The notes below the pieces were generated by a model that was not told the origin of the DNA, did not search any database, and saw only the letters and a list, made by a program, of their open reading frames with translations. Of a stretch of 45,893 bases of DNA, positions 1-10,169 are shown in pieces (the first letter of the stretch is position 1; each line of letters opens with the position of its first letter). Made by a program: the position numbers and the translations under genes. The stretch covers positions 1-45,893 of the forward strand of contig CALBPE010000096.1 in assembly GCA_937899275.1 (NCBI GenBank). Reading direction: 5' to 3'. Source of the DNA: an uncultured Chlamydiae bacterium (lineage in GTDB: Bacteria; Chlamydiota; Chlamydiia; Chlamydiales; SM23-39).

Positions 1-160
1 AAAGCTTGCTAAGAAAATGGATTTAAGCTCTGACCGTTTAAGGGATTGGTTTTTTGTTAGACTTGTTTTGTCAGCTATTTGGTCTATTGAAGATGGAATG
101 GATCCATCTAAAGCTGTGCACCTTGCTTTATTGCTATCAAACGTTAAACCGAGGCTTTAA
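1..160 (+). CDS. 3' end of a probable aminoglycoside/hydroxyurea phosphotransferase (APH(6)-like), cut by the window edge
   Basis: Frame 2 reads KLAKKMDLSSDRLRDWFFVRLVLSAIWSIEDGMDP...KPRL* (TAA 158-160). RL..W....VLSA.W..EDG resembles the APH(6) C-terminus. Confidence 0.5.
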   Translation, partial: KLAKKMDLSSDRLRDWFFVRLVLSAIWSIEDGMDPSKAVHLALLLSNVKPRL

Positions 161-209
161 GATCAATGCAGGGTTTTCATCCTTGAAATTTTCCTAATTC
201 TATGAAAGG

Positions 210-261
210 TTATACAAAGTTATAACTAATTATAGTGAAAATATACTATATCTTTGTATAA
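210..261. promoter_or_regulatory. Nested inverted repeats upstream of the AAA ATPase gene (putative operator)
   Basis: TTATACAAAG (210-219) / CTTTGTATAA (252-261), with TATAGT (231-236) / ACTATA (245-250) between them. Confidence 0.4.
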
Positions 262-289
262 GTTAATATAACTTGAAATAGGCAAAAAA

Positions 290-1471
290 ATAGACCCTAT
301 CAAAAGTCCCTAATCCCCTGGGGCAGGCGCTCCTCCATCTGAACTGGTTGGCCGGGACCCTATCCTTGAACAAGCCGAGATTTTATTTGGAAGGATACGT
401 GCTAGAAGACCCGAAAAAAGCTTGTTAATGACCGGATTACGAGGTGTTGGTAAGACGGTATTGCTAAATGAAATCCAAAGAATAGCGGAAAAAAATAATT
501 ACCAAACAATTTTTGTAGAAGCTTATGAAGACAAGCCGCTTGGAGCCTTACTGGTTCCTTACTTGAGAACCCTACTATTCAAACTTGATAGATTGGCAGG
601 GCTTGGGAATAAGGCGAAGCGAGCCCTTGCTGTGTTGAAAAGTTTTGTTAGCTCGTTGAAATTGAGTTATGGGGAAATTACATTAGGATTGGATATTGAC
701 CCTGAGTTTGGCACTGCTGACAGTGGGGACCTTGAAATTGATTTACCACAGTTATTTGTTGCAGTAGCGGAAGCTGCTCTTGACAGAGATTGTGCTGTAG
801 CAGTTCTTGTAGATGAGATGCAATATCTATCTACTAAAGAACTGGGTGCATTGATCATGGCAATGCACAAGCTGCAGCAGAAACAACTGCCTATGGTTTT
901 ACTTGCGGCTGGATTGCCTATTTTACCTGGACTTACAGGAGAATCAAATTCTTATGCTGAGAGGTTATTTAGCTTCCCCAATATCGGAGAGTTGTCAAGA
1001 GAAGACGCCTATAAAGCATTAAAAGACCCTGCACTTGCGGCATCGGTAGATTTTGAAAAAGGTGCACTAGAAAAAATTTATGAAAATACAAAAGGCTACC
1101 CCTACTTTCTTCAAGAATGGGGATACAAGGCATGGAACCTAGCTGAATCAAGCCCCATCACCCAAAAAGTTGTCAATCAGGCAACAGCTAAGGTGATTGA
1201 GGAGTTAGATAATAATTTTTTCAAGGTTAGGTTTGATAGGTTGACGCCATAAGAAAGAGAGTTCCTGAGAATGATGGCATCTTTTGGTAAAGGCCCTTAT
1301 AAACTTGCCGATATTGCTTATAAATTCGGTTCAAAGGTTTCTACTCTAAGTCCTGTAAGGGCAAATCTTATAAAAAAGGGAATGATTTACAGTCCGTCTT
1401 ATGGCTACATCGCCTTCACAGTTCCGCAGTTTGATGAATTTATGGTAAGAACACTGCCAGAGTTTTCCTAA
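290..1471 (+). pseudogene. AAA-family ATPase with C-terminal winged helix, disrupted
   Basis: One frame from 290: IDPIKSP*SPGAGAPPSELVGRD..., Walker A GLRGVGKT, Walker B VLVDEMQ, GYPYFLQ. In-frame TAA at 311-313 and 1250-1252; the apparent start is ATA. Joins ORFs 422-1252 and 1271-1471. Confidence 0.85.
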
Positions 1472-1821
1472 AACGCATTGAAAGAAAAAAGCGTACTTTG
1501 AGTACAGACTTTTACAATGTTTATTCACATTAGACGCTCTGATTGAATGCCCTGATTGTGTAGTAAGTCAGATAAAACCAGATTATACCACACCAAAACA
1601 AGCAATATCTTAAGTGCTTATATTTTAGTCTATGTTTATTTCGCTTAACCCAGTTTTTTGTAGTCTAGTGCGTAAATAGCACGTAATTGGGCTTTATATA
1701 GCGGGATTTTTTGAAGTAAATTTTTACTTGTCTCTCTTATAAAAACGGCTTTGGTCTTTCAACTGAATCCTTAAAGTGGATTGGAGGTGAAGAGACGTGT
1801 TCAGAGCTTTTGATTAGTTTT

Positions 1822-1895
1822 AAATGGCCGTATTCCAAAGAATACGGCCAAAATTGGTTGAAAAATGGCTGTATTTGTACTAAAATGGCCGTATT
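1822..1895. promoter_or_regulatory. Repeated operator-like motif AAATGGCYGTATT upstream of the Fic gene
   Basis: Direct copies at 1822-1834, 1863-1875 and 1883-1895; perfect inverted pair TGGCCGTATTC (1825-1835) / GAATACGGCCA (1840-1850). Confidence 0.6.
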
Positions 1896-1914
1896 AGATG
1901 AATAAGGTAGGGTA

Positions 1915-3264
1915 GTGAGCTTACGTGATAATAAAATGGCTGTGCTAAGGCAGTTAGGGCTAGAATCAGAGCCAATCAGCCTACCTGAGCTCATGCTCAG
2001 GTTAGGCAAAGGTTTTAAGGAACGTTCGGTCAGGCGATGGCTTTGTCTGTTGGTTGAGGAGGGCGCCGTCAAAAAAGTCGGTCAAAAGCGAGGGACCAAG
2101 TACTTTGCGGTTGGTCGATCGGAAGACGTCTTCTGTGAGGTGAGCAGCTGTTTTAGTTCATTGAGCTTGCAATCTATTGAGAAGGTTAAAAAGCCCTTAT
2201 TCGAGCGGCAACCTGTTGCATATGCAGACGACTGGTTTGACAGTTATCAACCAACCGCTAGCTACTATTTACCAGAAGGTTTGCGGCGCCAGCTGTTGGT
2301 ATCAGGTGAGCGCGCCAATGGACAAGATCCTGCAGGAACTTATGCACATAAGATCTTCAATAGACTGATTATTGACCTATCTTATAATTCCTCAAGGCTA
2401 GAGGGTAATACATATTCGCTTCTCGATACGGAACGTCTTCTTATTTACGGCGATACTGCCGAGGGAAAACTCGATGAAGAAAAAGCAATGATCCTAAATC
2501 ATAAAGAGGCTACTCGCTATCTTGTCGATAACGCACCTAGGCTGGAGGTCAGCTACAACGTGATATGCACACTGCACTATCTCTTATCTGATGGTCTTCT
2601 CGATACAACCGAGTCGGGCAAAGTTCGGAAATATGGTGTACGTATCGGAGGGTCAACCTACATCCCTTTTGAAGATCCCAAAAGACTCGAACAGCAACTA
2701 GAAAAAATCGCTGCAAAGTCAGCAAGTATTGAAGACCCCTATGAAAAGAGCATCTTTTTGCTAATTCATATCAGTTATTTGCAGGCTTTTACCGATGTCA
2801 ATAAACGAACTGCTCGTCTAGCTGCAAATATATCTCTTATTCGAGGAAATCTCGTCCCGTTGGCATTTAGTGATGTACGGGTGGAAGATTACATGTCTGC
2901 AATGATCGCGATATATGAGCTGCAGGATGTAAGGCCACTTGTGGATTTATACGTCTACTCCTATTTACGCACATGCGCAGCTTATGACTCCACTATTAAT
3001 GCGATGGGTTTCGACGAGGTGCGTGTAAATCGCCGGCAAGAGCGTAGGGCTGTAGTAAGAGAGGTTATTCTACAAGGGCTGGTAGGTGAGAGGCTGAGGA
3101 AGTTTGTTGATGTAGAAGCAAATCGTAGAGTTCCTGCCCTAGATCGAGTAGACTTTACTGAAGATGTTCTTGAGGATCTAGAGCAGATAGATGAGAGCAG
3201 GCTAGCTGGACTAGGAGTGACTCTAGAGCAGCTGAAAGTGTGGAAACAATTGAAAAGAGATTGA
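1915..3264 (+). CDS. Fic-domain protein with N-terminal winged HTH
   Basis: wHTH-like SVRRWLCLLVEEGAVKKVGQKRGTKY; SSRLEGNT inhibitory motif; variant Fic loop YLQAFTDVNKRTAR. Confidence 0.85.
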   Translation: MSLRDNKMAVLRQLGLESEPISLPELMLRLGKGFKERSVRRWLCLLVEEGAVKKVGQKRGTKYFAVGRSEDVFCEVSSCFSSLSLQSIEKVKKPLFERQPVAYADDWFDSYQPTASYYLPEGLRRQLLVSGERANGQDPAGTYAHKIFNRLIIDLSYNSSRLEGNTYSLLDTERLLIYGDTAEGKLDEEKAMILNHKEATRYLVDNAPRLEVSYNVICTLHYLLSDGLLDTTESGKVRKYGVRIGGSTYIPFEDPKRLEQQLEKIAAKSASIEDPYEKSIFLLIHISYLQAFTDVNKRTARLAANISLIRGNLVPLAFSDVRVEDYMSAMIAIYELQDVRPLVDLYVYSYLRTCAAYDSTINAMGFDEVRVNRRQERRAVVREVILQGLVGERLRKFVDVEANRRVPALDRVDFTEDVLEDLEQIDESRLAGLGVTLEQLKVWKQLKRD

Positions 3265-3448
3265 GCTGTAAACGGCACTTTGTAAATGATAACAATTGCG
3301 CCCTTGGTTTTAATGCACCGTCTATCAGCTTGCAGGCTCAGTATCTCTATTTAGACGTTGAAAATGGGGAAATCTTGAAAAAGCGCTGAACCAAGCTTGC
3401 GTCTTAAAAATATCATTTTCAAGCAGTCAGGTGTAGTCTATCATCTGT

Positions 3449-3551
3449 ATATGTTCATTTTTCTTCAAAATTTCAACATATCTGGCAGATATGTTGACAA
3501 AATGCACATATTAGCAAGATATGTGCATTTTTAGAGGGTTTTTGAACATAT
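3449..3551. promoter_or_regulatory. Array of ACATAT/ATATGT inverted repeats upstream of the second fic gene
   Basis: TCAACATATCTG-g-CAGATATGTTGA (3473-3497); AAAATGCACATAT-N7-ATATGTGCATTTT (3499-3531); outer ATATGTTCA (3449) / TGAACATAT (3543). Confidence 0.6.
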
Positions 3552-3559
3552 GAAGAATT

Positions 3560-4183
3560 TTGATTGAAATACCATATAATGCACTTGCAGTCCTTCCTCC
3601 AAAGACTGACTTAGAAATTCCCAGTGTATTGAAAGCTTGTACCAAAGCAAATAAGGAACTTGCTAAGTTAAAAATAGCTGAAAGGCTTATCCCAAATCAG
3701 ACAGTTCTAATCAATACCATACCTTTATTGGAATCACAGGCTAGTTCGGCCATAGAAAATATTGTAACAACAACTGATGAGTTATTTGAATATGCGCAAG
3801 ACTTTTCTCCGTCGATGTCGCCCGCAGCTAAAGAAACTCTTCAATATAGGCAGGCACTTTACCAAGGTTACGCCTCTCTTAAAAAGCGCCCATTGAACGC
3901 TTCGGTTGTATGCCAGATATGCTCTACGATACGCCTTATCGACACAAATATTAGAAAGCTGCCAGGAACTGCTTTAGTCAACGATTCTACAGGTGAAAAA
4001 ATCTACACGCCCCCTGAAGGAGAAGAGCGATTGAGAGAGTTGTTGGTAAATTGGCAGAATTATCTTCATCAAGATATTGATGGTGTTGACCCTTTAATAA
4101 AGCTTGCTGTGTAGCATTATCAATTTGAGGCTATACATCCTTTTGCAGATGGAAATGGTAGAACTGGACGTATCATAAACTGA
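3560..4183 (+). pseudogene. Fic/DOC protein (Fic_N type), nonsense-disrupted and truncated
   Basis: SSAIEN inhibitory motif and YTPPEG. After TAG 4112-4114 the frame continues HYQFEAIHPFADGNGRTGRIIN* (canonical HPFxxGNGRxxR); the C-terminus is missing. Confidence 0.9.
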
Positions 4184-4200
4184 CGAATAAAACAGCGCCA

Positions 4201-4390
4201 AATGAAGATAGGGCAAAATTGATTACTATCCATGGAAAGCATCTTAAAGGAGCCCGCTCAAAAGGTAAGAAGGTGCACCTTGTATCCGCATGTAGCAAGC
4301 GTCGCTTGCTATTAGGTCAAGTAAAAGCAGAGGAAAAATCCTCACAAATCAAAGCAATTTGAAATTCCAGAAACTATTGAATATGATCAC
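4201..4390 (+). mobile_element. ISAs1-family transposase remnant
   Basis: Translates LITIHGKHLKGARSKGKKVHLVSAC...LLLGQVKAEEKSSQIKAI*, matching the ISAs1 pattern IAIDGKTLRG...HxVSA...VLGQ...EKSNEITAI. Confidence 0.7.
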
Positions 4391-4450
4391 AAAAACTGAT
4401 GTTGTTAGAAATAGATTGTTTTAAATAGTTCAATTTTTTAGATTGATGTA

Positions 4451-5242
4451 ATGAAAAATTTTTCAGAAACCTCAGCTCTTAAAAGTAATTTTTCTCCTGA
4501 TGCGTACGCTAGCATAGAAAAACAATTTAATTCTGTCACAAGCCATGTCCGTACTTTATGTGAGCATATTCAGAAAAGAATCGTTCCTTACATTGATAAT
4601 AAAAGATTCTTAGATATAGGGGCTGGTCCTGGTTTTGTCATACATGAATTACTAGATTACTTTAATACGGTAGTTGCCGTAGATCCGAATGATAGCTATG
4701 CGTCTTGTTATTCAACTTTATCCCTTGTTGATAAATTTACGATTATAAATAAGAATTTTGAATCTGTTAACTTTAACAAAAAATTTGATTTTATTCTATG
4801 TTCGCACGTGCTTTATCATGTACCACAAAATGATTGGTCCGTTTTTATAGATAAAATTATTCAATTGTTATCGCCAAAAGGTAGGGCGTTGCTCACCCTT
4901 GTAGCTCCTCGAGGTGAGTTCCATCATCTTTGTAACCAAATCAACGACAAATACTCTAATAGCCAAGTTCTTCAAGCTAGGCTTAACGATATTGGGCTTA
5001 AGTATAAGATATCTAAAGTAAGAAATTCTTACTTCTACAAAAGCATATATGAGATAACCAATTTATTGAGAATGTTTGTTATAGATGACTGCTTTTTACC
5101 GGAAGAATATTCTTCTCTTGGTCAAGATAAGATTGTAGCAATAGATCAGCAGATAGGCAAATTTGTAGATAAGTGTTACGAAAGTGAAAAAGATATTTAC
5201 ACTTTTGAAATAGAAGAAGACTATATAGAGCTACATGTTTAA
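4451..5242 (+). CDS. Class I SAM-dependent methyltransferase
   Basis: Motif I FLDIGAGPG, AVDP, FDFILCSHVLYHV, LSPKG. Confidence 0.85.
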   Translation: MKNFSETSALKSNFSPDAYASIEKQFNSVTSHVRTLCEHIQKRIVPYIDNKRFLDIGAGPGFVIHELLDYFNTVVAVDPNDSYASCYSTLSLVDKFTIINKNFESVNFNKKFDFILCSHVLYHVPQNDWSVFIDKIIQLLSPKGRALLTLVAPRGEFHHLCNQINDKYSNSQVLQARLNDIGLKYKISKVRNSYFYKSIYEITNLLRMFVIDDCFLPEEYSSLGQDKIVAIDQQIGKFVDKCYESEKDIYTFEIEEDYIELHV

Positions 5243-5944
5243 GCAATCCGTTCTTGGTGAAAAGGCGTAAAGCCTTATATCCATTTTTGTTTTATGAAAT
5301 TGTGATAAATTTACAACTTGTTTACATATAAGATTTCCTTTAAAACCTGCATCGTTAGAAATTTTTTTGATATTATTAATTCGGGCTATGCTGCCAGTTC
5401 CTAAAAGTAATAATCCTTTAAAGTTTAAGAAGTTTTTTCCTTGATAAAAGTATTTCTTTAATGCAGTATATTCTAAATCAAAAACAGATAATGCAATATT
5501 ATCTTTTTGATCATGTCTATTTTCAGTGTAATTAAAGGGATGGTTCCAGAAAATGATATCAAACTGCTCTTTTGGAAGAATTGGGGTGTACATATCCCCT
5601 TGTAATACGGATATATTTAAATTATGTTTCCTGGAATTATGCATCGCATTTTGTACTGCATTTGGATTAATATCAGTTGCAATCACTTTAGTCGCTCCCC
5701 CTAATTTTGCCAAACATGCAATTACGCCTGTTCCTGTCCCAATTTCTAATAAGCTTTTACCTTTGACTATAGGTAATAACTTCTGAGAAAACCACGCAGT
5801 ATCGGAAGATATAGCTGGAGAAAAGACTTGTGGAAAGATATCAAATGAATAGCCGCAAATTTCAATGGAAGTGCTATTTCTAGTTTCTCTATGGAGATTA
5901 AGAAAATTATCTGAAAGGCATTTCCAATATTTCTTAGCTACCAC
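5231..5944 (-). CDS. HemK/PrmC-like small methyltransferase
   Basis: VFSP, LLEIGTGTG, ATDINPNAV, FDIIFWNHPF (NPPY-like motif IV). Confidence 0.85.
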   Translation of the reverse strand: MVAKKYWKCLSDNFLNLHRETRNSTSIEICGYSFDIFPQVFSPAISSDTAWFSQKLLPIVKGKSLLEIGTGTGVIACLAKLGGATKVIATDINPNAVQNAMHNSRKHNLNISVLQGDMYTPILPKEQFDIIFWNHPFNYTENRHDQKDNIALSVFDLEYTALKKYFYQGKNFLNFKGLLLLGTGSIARINNIKKISNDAGFKGNLICKQVVNLSQFHKTKMDIRLYAFSPRTDCLNM

Positions 5945-6662
5945 AAGAATTTCCCACTACAATTATTTTTTGGTCCATGCAGAACTGTGGTTTTTTTATA
6001 TTTTTTCTCAACCAATCAGTAATTGAAATTCTATTTGATGAATATTCTTTTGGGAATAAATCAAAGAATAACCGCAATCTTTCATATAAATCCTGATATG
6101 AATCAAATTGAATACTAGTCTGAATTGTATATTCCTCAAAATCTAAATTTTGTAACTGTAAAACCTCATGTAAGCGTTCGTAAGTAAATGTAAATTTTAT
6201 TCTGGAGATATCTGCAAAGGCGTGTTTAATGCGGCCATAGTCATTTTGCATTCCGTTGACTACAAAAATAGCTTTTCCATTTTGATTTAATAAATGCATT
6301 GCCTTGTTAATTGTTTTGCTGATATCAGAAAAGTAGTAAATTACATGAGACAAAATAATTAGATCAAATTTAGAGTCAATAAAGACGTTCTCAAAATCCT
6401 TTTGAATCAATGTAACATTAGAGGCCAGTCTAATATTTGGAACTATTTCTTTTTCTACTATTGTATATTTATCCACAAAGTCAGCTAAGATCTCGGAAAA
6501 AATGGGCTTAGTACCCATCCCAATTTCTAGTAATTTCTTAATATTAGCTTGAACTGCGTAATCTCTTATGAAATGAGCTAATTCGATTTTTTCATTGCCA
6601 TTTTCAATAAGTTGTTCGTACCAGTTAGGAACGAATTGTAAATTCTTGTTTAAAGCCGTCAT
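5934..6662 (-). CDS. Class I SAM-dependent methyltransferase
   Basis: LLEIGMGT, FDLIILSHVIYYF, LNQNG; overlaps the downstream methyltransferase by 11 nt. Confidence 0.8.
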   Translation of the reverse strand: MTALNKNLQFVPNWYEQLIENGNEKIELAHFIRDYAVQANIKKLLEIGMGTKPIFSEILADFVDKYTIVEKEIVPNIRLASNVTLIQKDFENVFIDSKFDLIILSHVIYYFSDISKTINKAMHLLNQNGKAIFVVNGMQNDYGRIKHAFADISRIKFTFTYERLHEVLQLQNLDFEEYTIQTSIQFDSYQDLYERLRLFFDLFPKEYSSNRISITDWLRKNIKKPQFCMDQKIIVVGNSCGS

Positions 6663-6706
6663 GAAAACCTTCTAAAGGATTTTGATCTTAATTAATATAA
6701 GGTATT

Positions 6707-6741
6707 AAATTTTAAATTTTAAATTTTAAATTTTAAATTTT
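6707..6741. repeat. Tandem heptamer (AAATTTT)x5
   Basis: Five perfect copies at 6707, 6714, 6721, 6728 and 6735. Confidence 0.9.
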
Positions 6742-7059
6742 TTTATGAAATTTTGCTAGAAAAATCAAATTGTTGACTAAAAAACTTAGAAATACGACTT
6801 CGTTTATGACTTGATTGTTGATTACACGGCGCCCCGTTCATATCATGACATGCTCTTTAGAATGTTTCCTTTTGCCTTTTACTTCTCTATTTATCCAGGG
6901 CTTTTTTATGTAAATTCCTTTACAGCGCTACCTCAAATATTCTTGCAAATAATCTTAGTGTCTAAGAGTCATCCCAAGCGGCTTGCTTTCTTCTGTTTGC
7001 ACTACCTCGAGTGCCGCCAAGATCAATAGTTACAGCAGAAAACATGGTTTTTTGTAGAT

Positions 7060-7590
7060 TTTTGAACGCAGTCGTTTTTTCTTAGTAAGGTCTGGTCGAG
7101 AGACCTAAGAGTCCTATAGAGCTTTGGAAACAGCTCTCATTGCATACCGCCCTTCTTTGACCAAGCTTGCCGCGAGATGAGTTTTTTTTCCTGCGCCAAC
7201 TTAAGAGCGTCTTGAAGGATCTCATTCTCTAATGTTTTTCTATCCAGAAGCCTTTCTAGTTCTCTGATCTGCTTTTGCAGCGCTTTGAGTTGGCTCTTTG
7301 GAGCCACTCCATAGCTGCTATTGACCGCTTCCAAGCTTCCCTCTTCCATGAGTCTTCTCCATGTAAATAGTTGGCTGGGACTTATATCCTATTTGCGGGC
7401 TATAAGGGAAACGCTCATCCCAGGTTGGTAGGTTTGTTCAACAATCGCTTTTTTGTCCTCAGCGCTCCATCGTCTACGTCTTTCTGTTGAGGTGATTACC
7501 TCAATATGGTTGGATTTAGTCATAAACCTAGTCCTACTCCTATGTTTTAGAGTTAGACAGGGTGGTTCACTTTAAATGGGGAGCGCTCCA
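7060..7590 (-). mobile_element. IS3-family (IS2-like) element remnant: left end, disrupted orfA, start of orfB
   Basis: orfA 7523-7137 reads MTKSNHIEVITSTERRRRWSAEDKKAIVEQTYQPGMSVSLIARK*DISPSQLFTWRRLMEEGSL...QIRELERLL..KTLENEIL (IS2 InsC-like), with TAG at 7389-7391 and an A8 run near the 3' end. The terminus reads TGGAGCGCTCCCCATTTAAAGTGAAC from 7590. Confidence 0.8.
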
Positions 7591-7897
7591 CGAAGTTATC
7601 TAAGGTCATAAGGCTCTCCTTTGTAAAAACACATATTGCAATGCTTTAATCTGCTTTTTACCAGAACATTAATCCATTTGGTTTTGATTAAAATACAGGT
7701 TTTCTTTACGGGCTTTTTGCTTTAACTCTTTTCTTGTGGACAGTGATTTGCTGTAGATTGGGTTTTTTATCTCTATAGATTTTAGCTTATGTAAAAATAT
7801 ATATTTTATTTATTTTAATTTAAAAAAAATTTTTTATTTAATTTTAACTTTTGTTTTAGTTATAATATTTATGAAAATTAAAAATTTTTAGTTTAAA

Positions 7898-8428
7898 ATG
7901 ATAGGATCGCTACTTTTTGGATTAGATGGAGTTTATAAAATCCGTAATATCACCATTTCCTACGAAAGCGGAGATAATGGGTATATCGATATTTTAGGAA
8001 ATAGCCTTTTTGCCAAGGCTGGTCAAGCTCTACTCATGAATAAAGTGGCAGTTATTCTTTCGCTTGGATATCTGCACATAACGATACACGAGCTAGGTCA
8101 TGCAATTGCTGCTCAGGCGCTAGCAAACCGCACTATATCATCGGATATTACTGTTTTCACTAAAACATGTACTGGAGTTTTTAGAGGTTCCTTTAGCGAT
8201 GCAAAATGGAAAGAAGTAGCAATTTTGATTGCAGGTCCTCTTGCAGATGTTCTATTTTCCATTATTCAATGCACGCTGGGGGCTATTTGTCTTTCCGCAG
8301 GTTTTGTAGGCTCTACTTGTTTAGGCTCTATTCTCGTTATTTCAGGGGCTGCTTGGATTTTAGGGGAGTGTTTTTACGCTACCTGTCCAGGTGGAGATAT
8401 ACGCAGAGTAGTGAATCTTCTAGCTTGA
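7898..8428 (+). CDS. Small M50-like membrane metallopeptidase (paralog 1)
   Basis: HELGH in a hydrophobic segment, IAGP motif, distal GGD, several TM segments. Confidence 0.65.
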   Translation: MIGSLLFGLDGVYKIRNITISYESGDNGYIDILGNSLFAKAGQALLMNKVAVILSLGYLHITIHELGHAIAAQALANRTISSDITVFTKTCTGVFRGSFSDAKWKEVAILIAGPLADVLFSIIQCTLGAICLSAGFVGSTCLGSILVISGAAWILGECFYATCPGGDIRRVVNLLA

Positions 8429-8589
8429 AGTAAGAACTCAATCATTACAGCATAAACCGCATCGAATACCATCTTTTTATCAGGTCTTTAGATCTAACAA
8501 TAGATGTGTATTTCAGCGCTGTCTACTACTTTTCCCGAACAGGCCTTATTTGGCGCTATTCGGGATTTTTCTATAGACAGAAGCTGCGT

Positions 8590-9048
8590 TTAAGCGCGGC
8601 GGTTTGTTTTGGCGCCAATAAGTATAAAAGCTTTGCCATCTTCTACCGTCAGTCCTACATTCATGGTCCCTGTAATAAACTCAGTAAAAGGTTTCCAATC
8701 GGTAAGGTTGGAGCTAAGCATCAGCTCGTTTTCTACATATCTTGCATAAAAAGTCTGCTGAATTTCTATACACCCCCATTGATCATGACTTTCTTGCAGA
8801 TGGGCTAGATCTCCTTCTAAATAAAAGCTGATTGGTAAGTGCGTATGTTCGGTAAATTCGATGGCTAAGTTGGGGCGGTTTCCTGCCATAATTTCTTTTA
8901 GCTCAGGGTCTTTTAAGCTATCTAGTTTCGCTACGGTAATTTTTTCAAGAGGCGTTTCTTGATCAGAAGCTTTAAACAAAGCGTTATTTGCAAAACTAGC
9001 GGTATGGATTGCGCAAAAAGCGGCGGTTAAAAGTAGGTACTTTTTCAT
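8590..9048 (-). CDS. Exported hypothetical protein, third gene of the blaI/blaR-like operon
   Basis: Signal peptide MKKYLLLTAAFCAIHTASFA; AAGGAG RBS; preceded by a BlaI-type box. Confidence 0.75.
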   Translation of the reverse strand: MKKYLLLTAAFCAIHTASFANNALFKASDQETPLEKITVAKLDSLKDPELKEIMAGNRPNLAIEFTEHTHLPISFYLEGDLAHLQESHDQWGCIEIQQTFYARYVENELMLSSNLTDWKPFTEFITGTMNVGLTVEDGKAFILIGAKTNRRA

Positions 9049-9061
9049 GATATTCTCCTTG

Positions 9062-9077
9062 TACTACAATCGTAGTA
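9062..9077. promoter_or_regulatory. BlaI/MecI/CopY-type operator
   Basis: TACTACAATCGTAGTA, one mismatch from the TACA-NN-TGTA consensus, just upstream of the RBS of 8590-9048. Confidence 0.75.
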
Positions 9078-9107
9078 TTTGTGGTTAAAAAAATTGAATG
9101 CGCCGTC

Positions 9108-10169
9108 TTAAAACACCCAAAACCTCCCTAAAAAAATCAATATGTAGGCGAGGATGATGGCGCAAAAAGAGCAGATGCCATGTAGCTTTTTCCACCTATT
9201 TGTCAAAGGATGAAGAAGCATATGTACTCTTTTTAGCGTTTTTTTTGCAGTTAAATGACTGGCAAAAATAGAGGGATGTAGCCTTTTTGTGTGGGCTGCA
9301 GATTGATAAATGGCAGATGCAAGATCTGTTGCATCAACGCCGTATCTTTTGCAATTGCAGTCGCAGCTAATTTCTTGGTTTTCTAAGATTTTATCTCGAA
9401 GCCATTTTGTTGGAACCCACCAAAATATCGATGCGATGATTTCTAATAAAAAGCGTATCAGTCCATCTTTGTAACGGATGTGCTCTATCTCATGAGAAAG
9501 AGCCGCTTCGTATTCTTTTGTGGAAAGAAAAAAAAGCAGATGGCTTGGTATATAAATGATAGGAGAAAATAACCCTGCCACAAATGGAGAGCTGTGTACG
9601 GAGGATGCATGCAAAATGCGGCAGCTTCTTTTTTGCATCTCTTGTAAAAGGTAAGGGTTATCTATTTTTTTTGTGAATAGATCTGCTTTTTTTGTAATAG
9701 ATTGTAGCGTTTTTCTACCGCAATAATAGACTACAAGCGTTTTTAAAAAAGAAGATAGACATAGAAAAATCAAAATCAAAGAAAACACGTTTAAGTAGGG
9801 ATTGAATGTATAACCAATTAGATCGGCAATGGTAAATGTGGTATTTCCTGGGAGAGTGAATTGGACCCCTGAATGGAAAGGAAAAAGTCTTTCAGTTAGG
9901 GGGCTTAGTTCAATAAATATCGATAGACTTCTTGCACCTTTTTCGAAAGATAGGGGATTGATGTTTTGCATATAGGACCATTTTGTAAAGTCATATAGCA
10001 ATAAATCGAAAGGGAGCTTAAAAATAGGGATCATTTCTAGTAGAGCTCTTGTTCTACCGTGCTGAATCTGGAATAGAAAAAGCAGGCTCTTTACCAATAA
10101 AACCGACGTAAAAAACGCAAGAAGGCTATTGAAAAAAATATTCAGAATAAAAAAAGATGCGCTATCCAT
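9108..10169 (-). CDS. BlaR1/MecR1-like M56 membrane metallopeptidase without a beta-lactam sensor domain
   Basis: SPFVAGLFSPIIYIP, LSHEIEHIRYKD, FWWVP, EISCD; ends in a TM helix at 353 aa. Confidence 0.9.
   Translation of the reverse strand: MDSASFFILNIFFNSLLAFFTSVLLVKSLLFLFQIQHGRTRALLEMIPIFKLPFDLLLYDFTKWSYMQNINPLSFEKGARSLSIFIELSPLTERLFPFHSGVQFTLPGNTTFTIADLIGYTFNPYLNVFSLILIFLCLSSFLKTLVVYYCGRKTLQSITKKADLFTKKIDNPYLLQEMQKRSCRILHASSVHSSPFVAGLFSPIIYIPSHLLFFLSTKEYEAALSHEIEHIRYKDGLIRFLLEIIASIFWWVPTKWLRDKILENQEISCDCNCKRYGVDATDLASAIYQSAAHTKRLHPSIFASHLTAKKTLKRVHMLLHPLTNRWKKLHGICSFCAIILAYILIFLGRFWVF

Noticed and set aside
1822..3551. Repeat clusters as CRISPR arrays or iterons
   Set aside because: Units are 6-13 nt in mixed orientation with no regular unique spacers, and there are no cas or rep genes.
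6811..7029. 72-aa plus-strand ORF, and a minus-strand IDLGGT (ROK-like) peptide in the same stretch
   Set aside because: No clear RBS or further motif support; the region is decayed sequence beside an IS.
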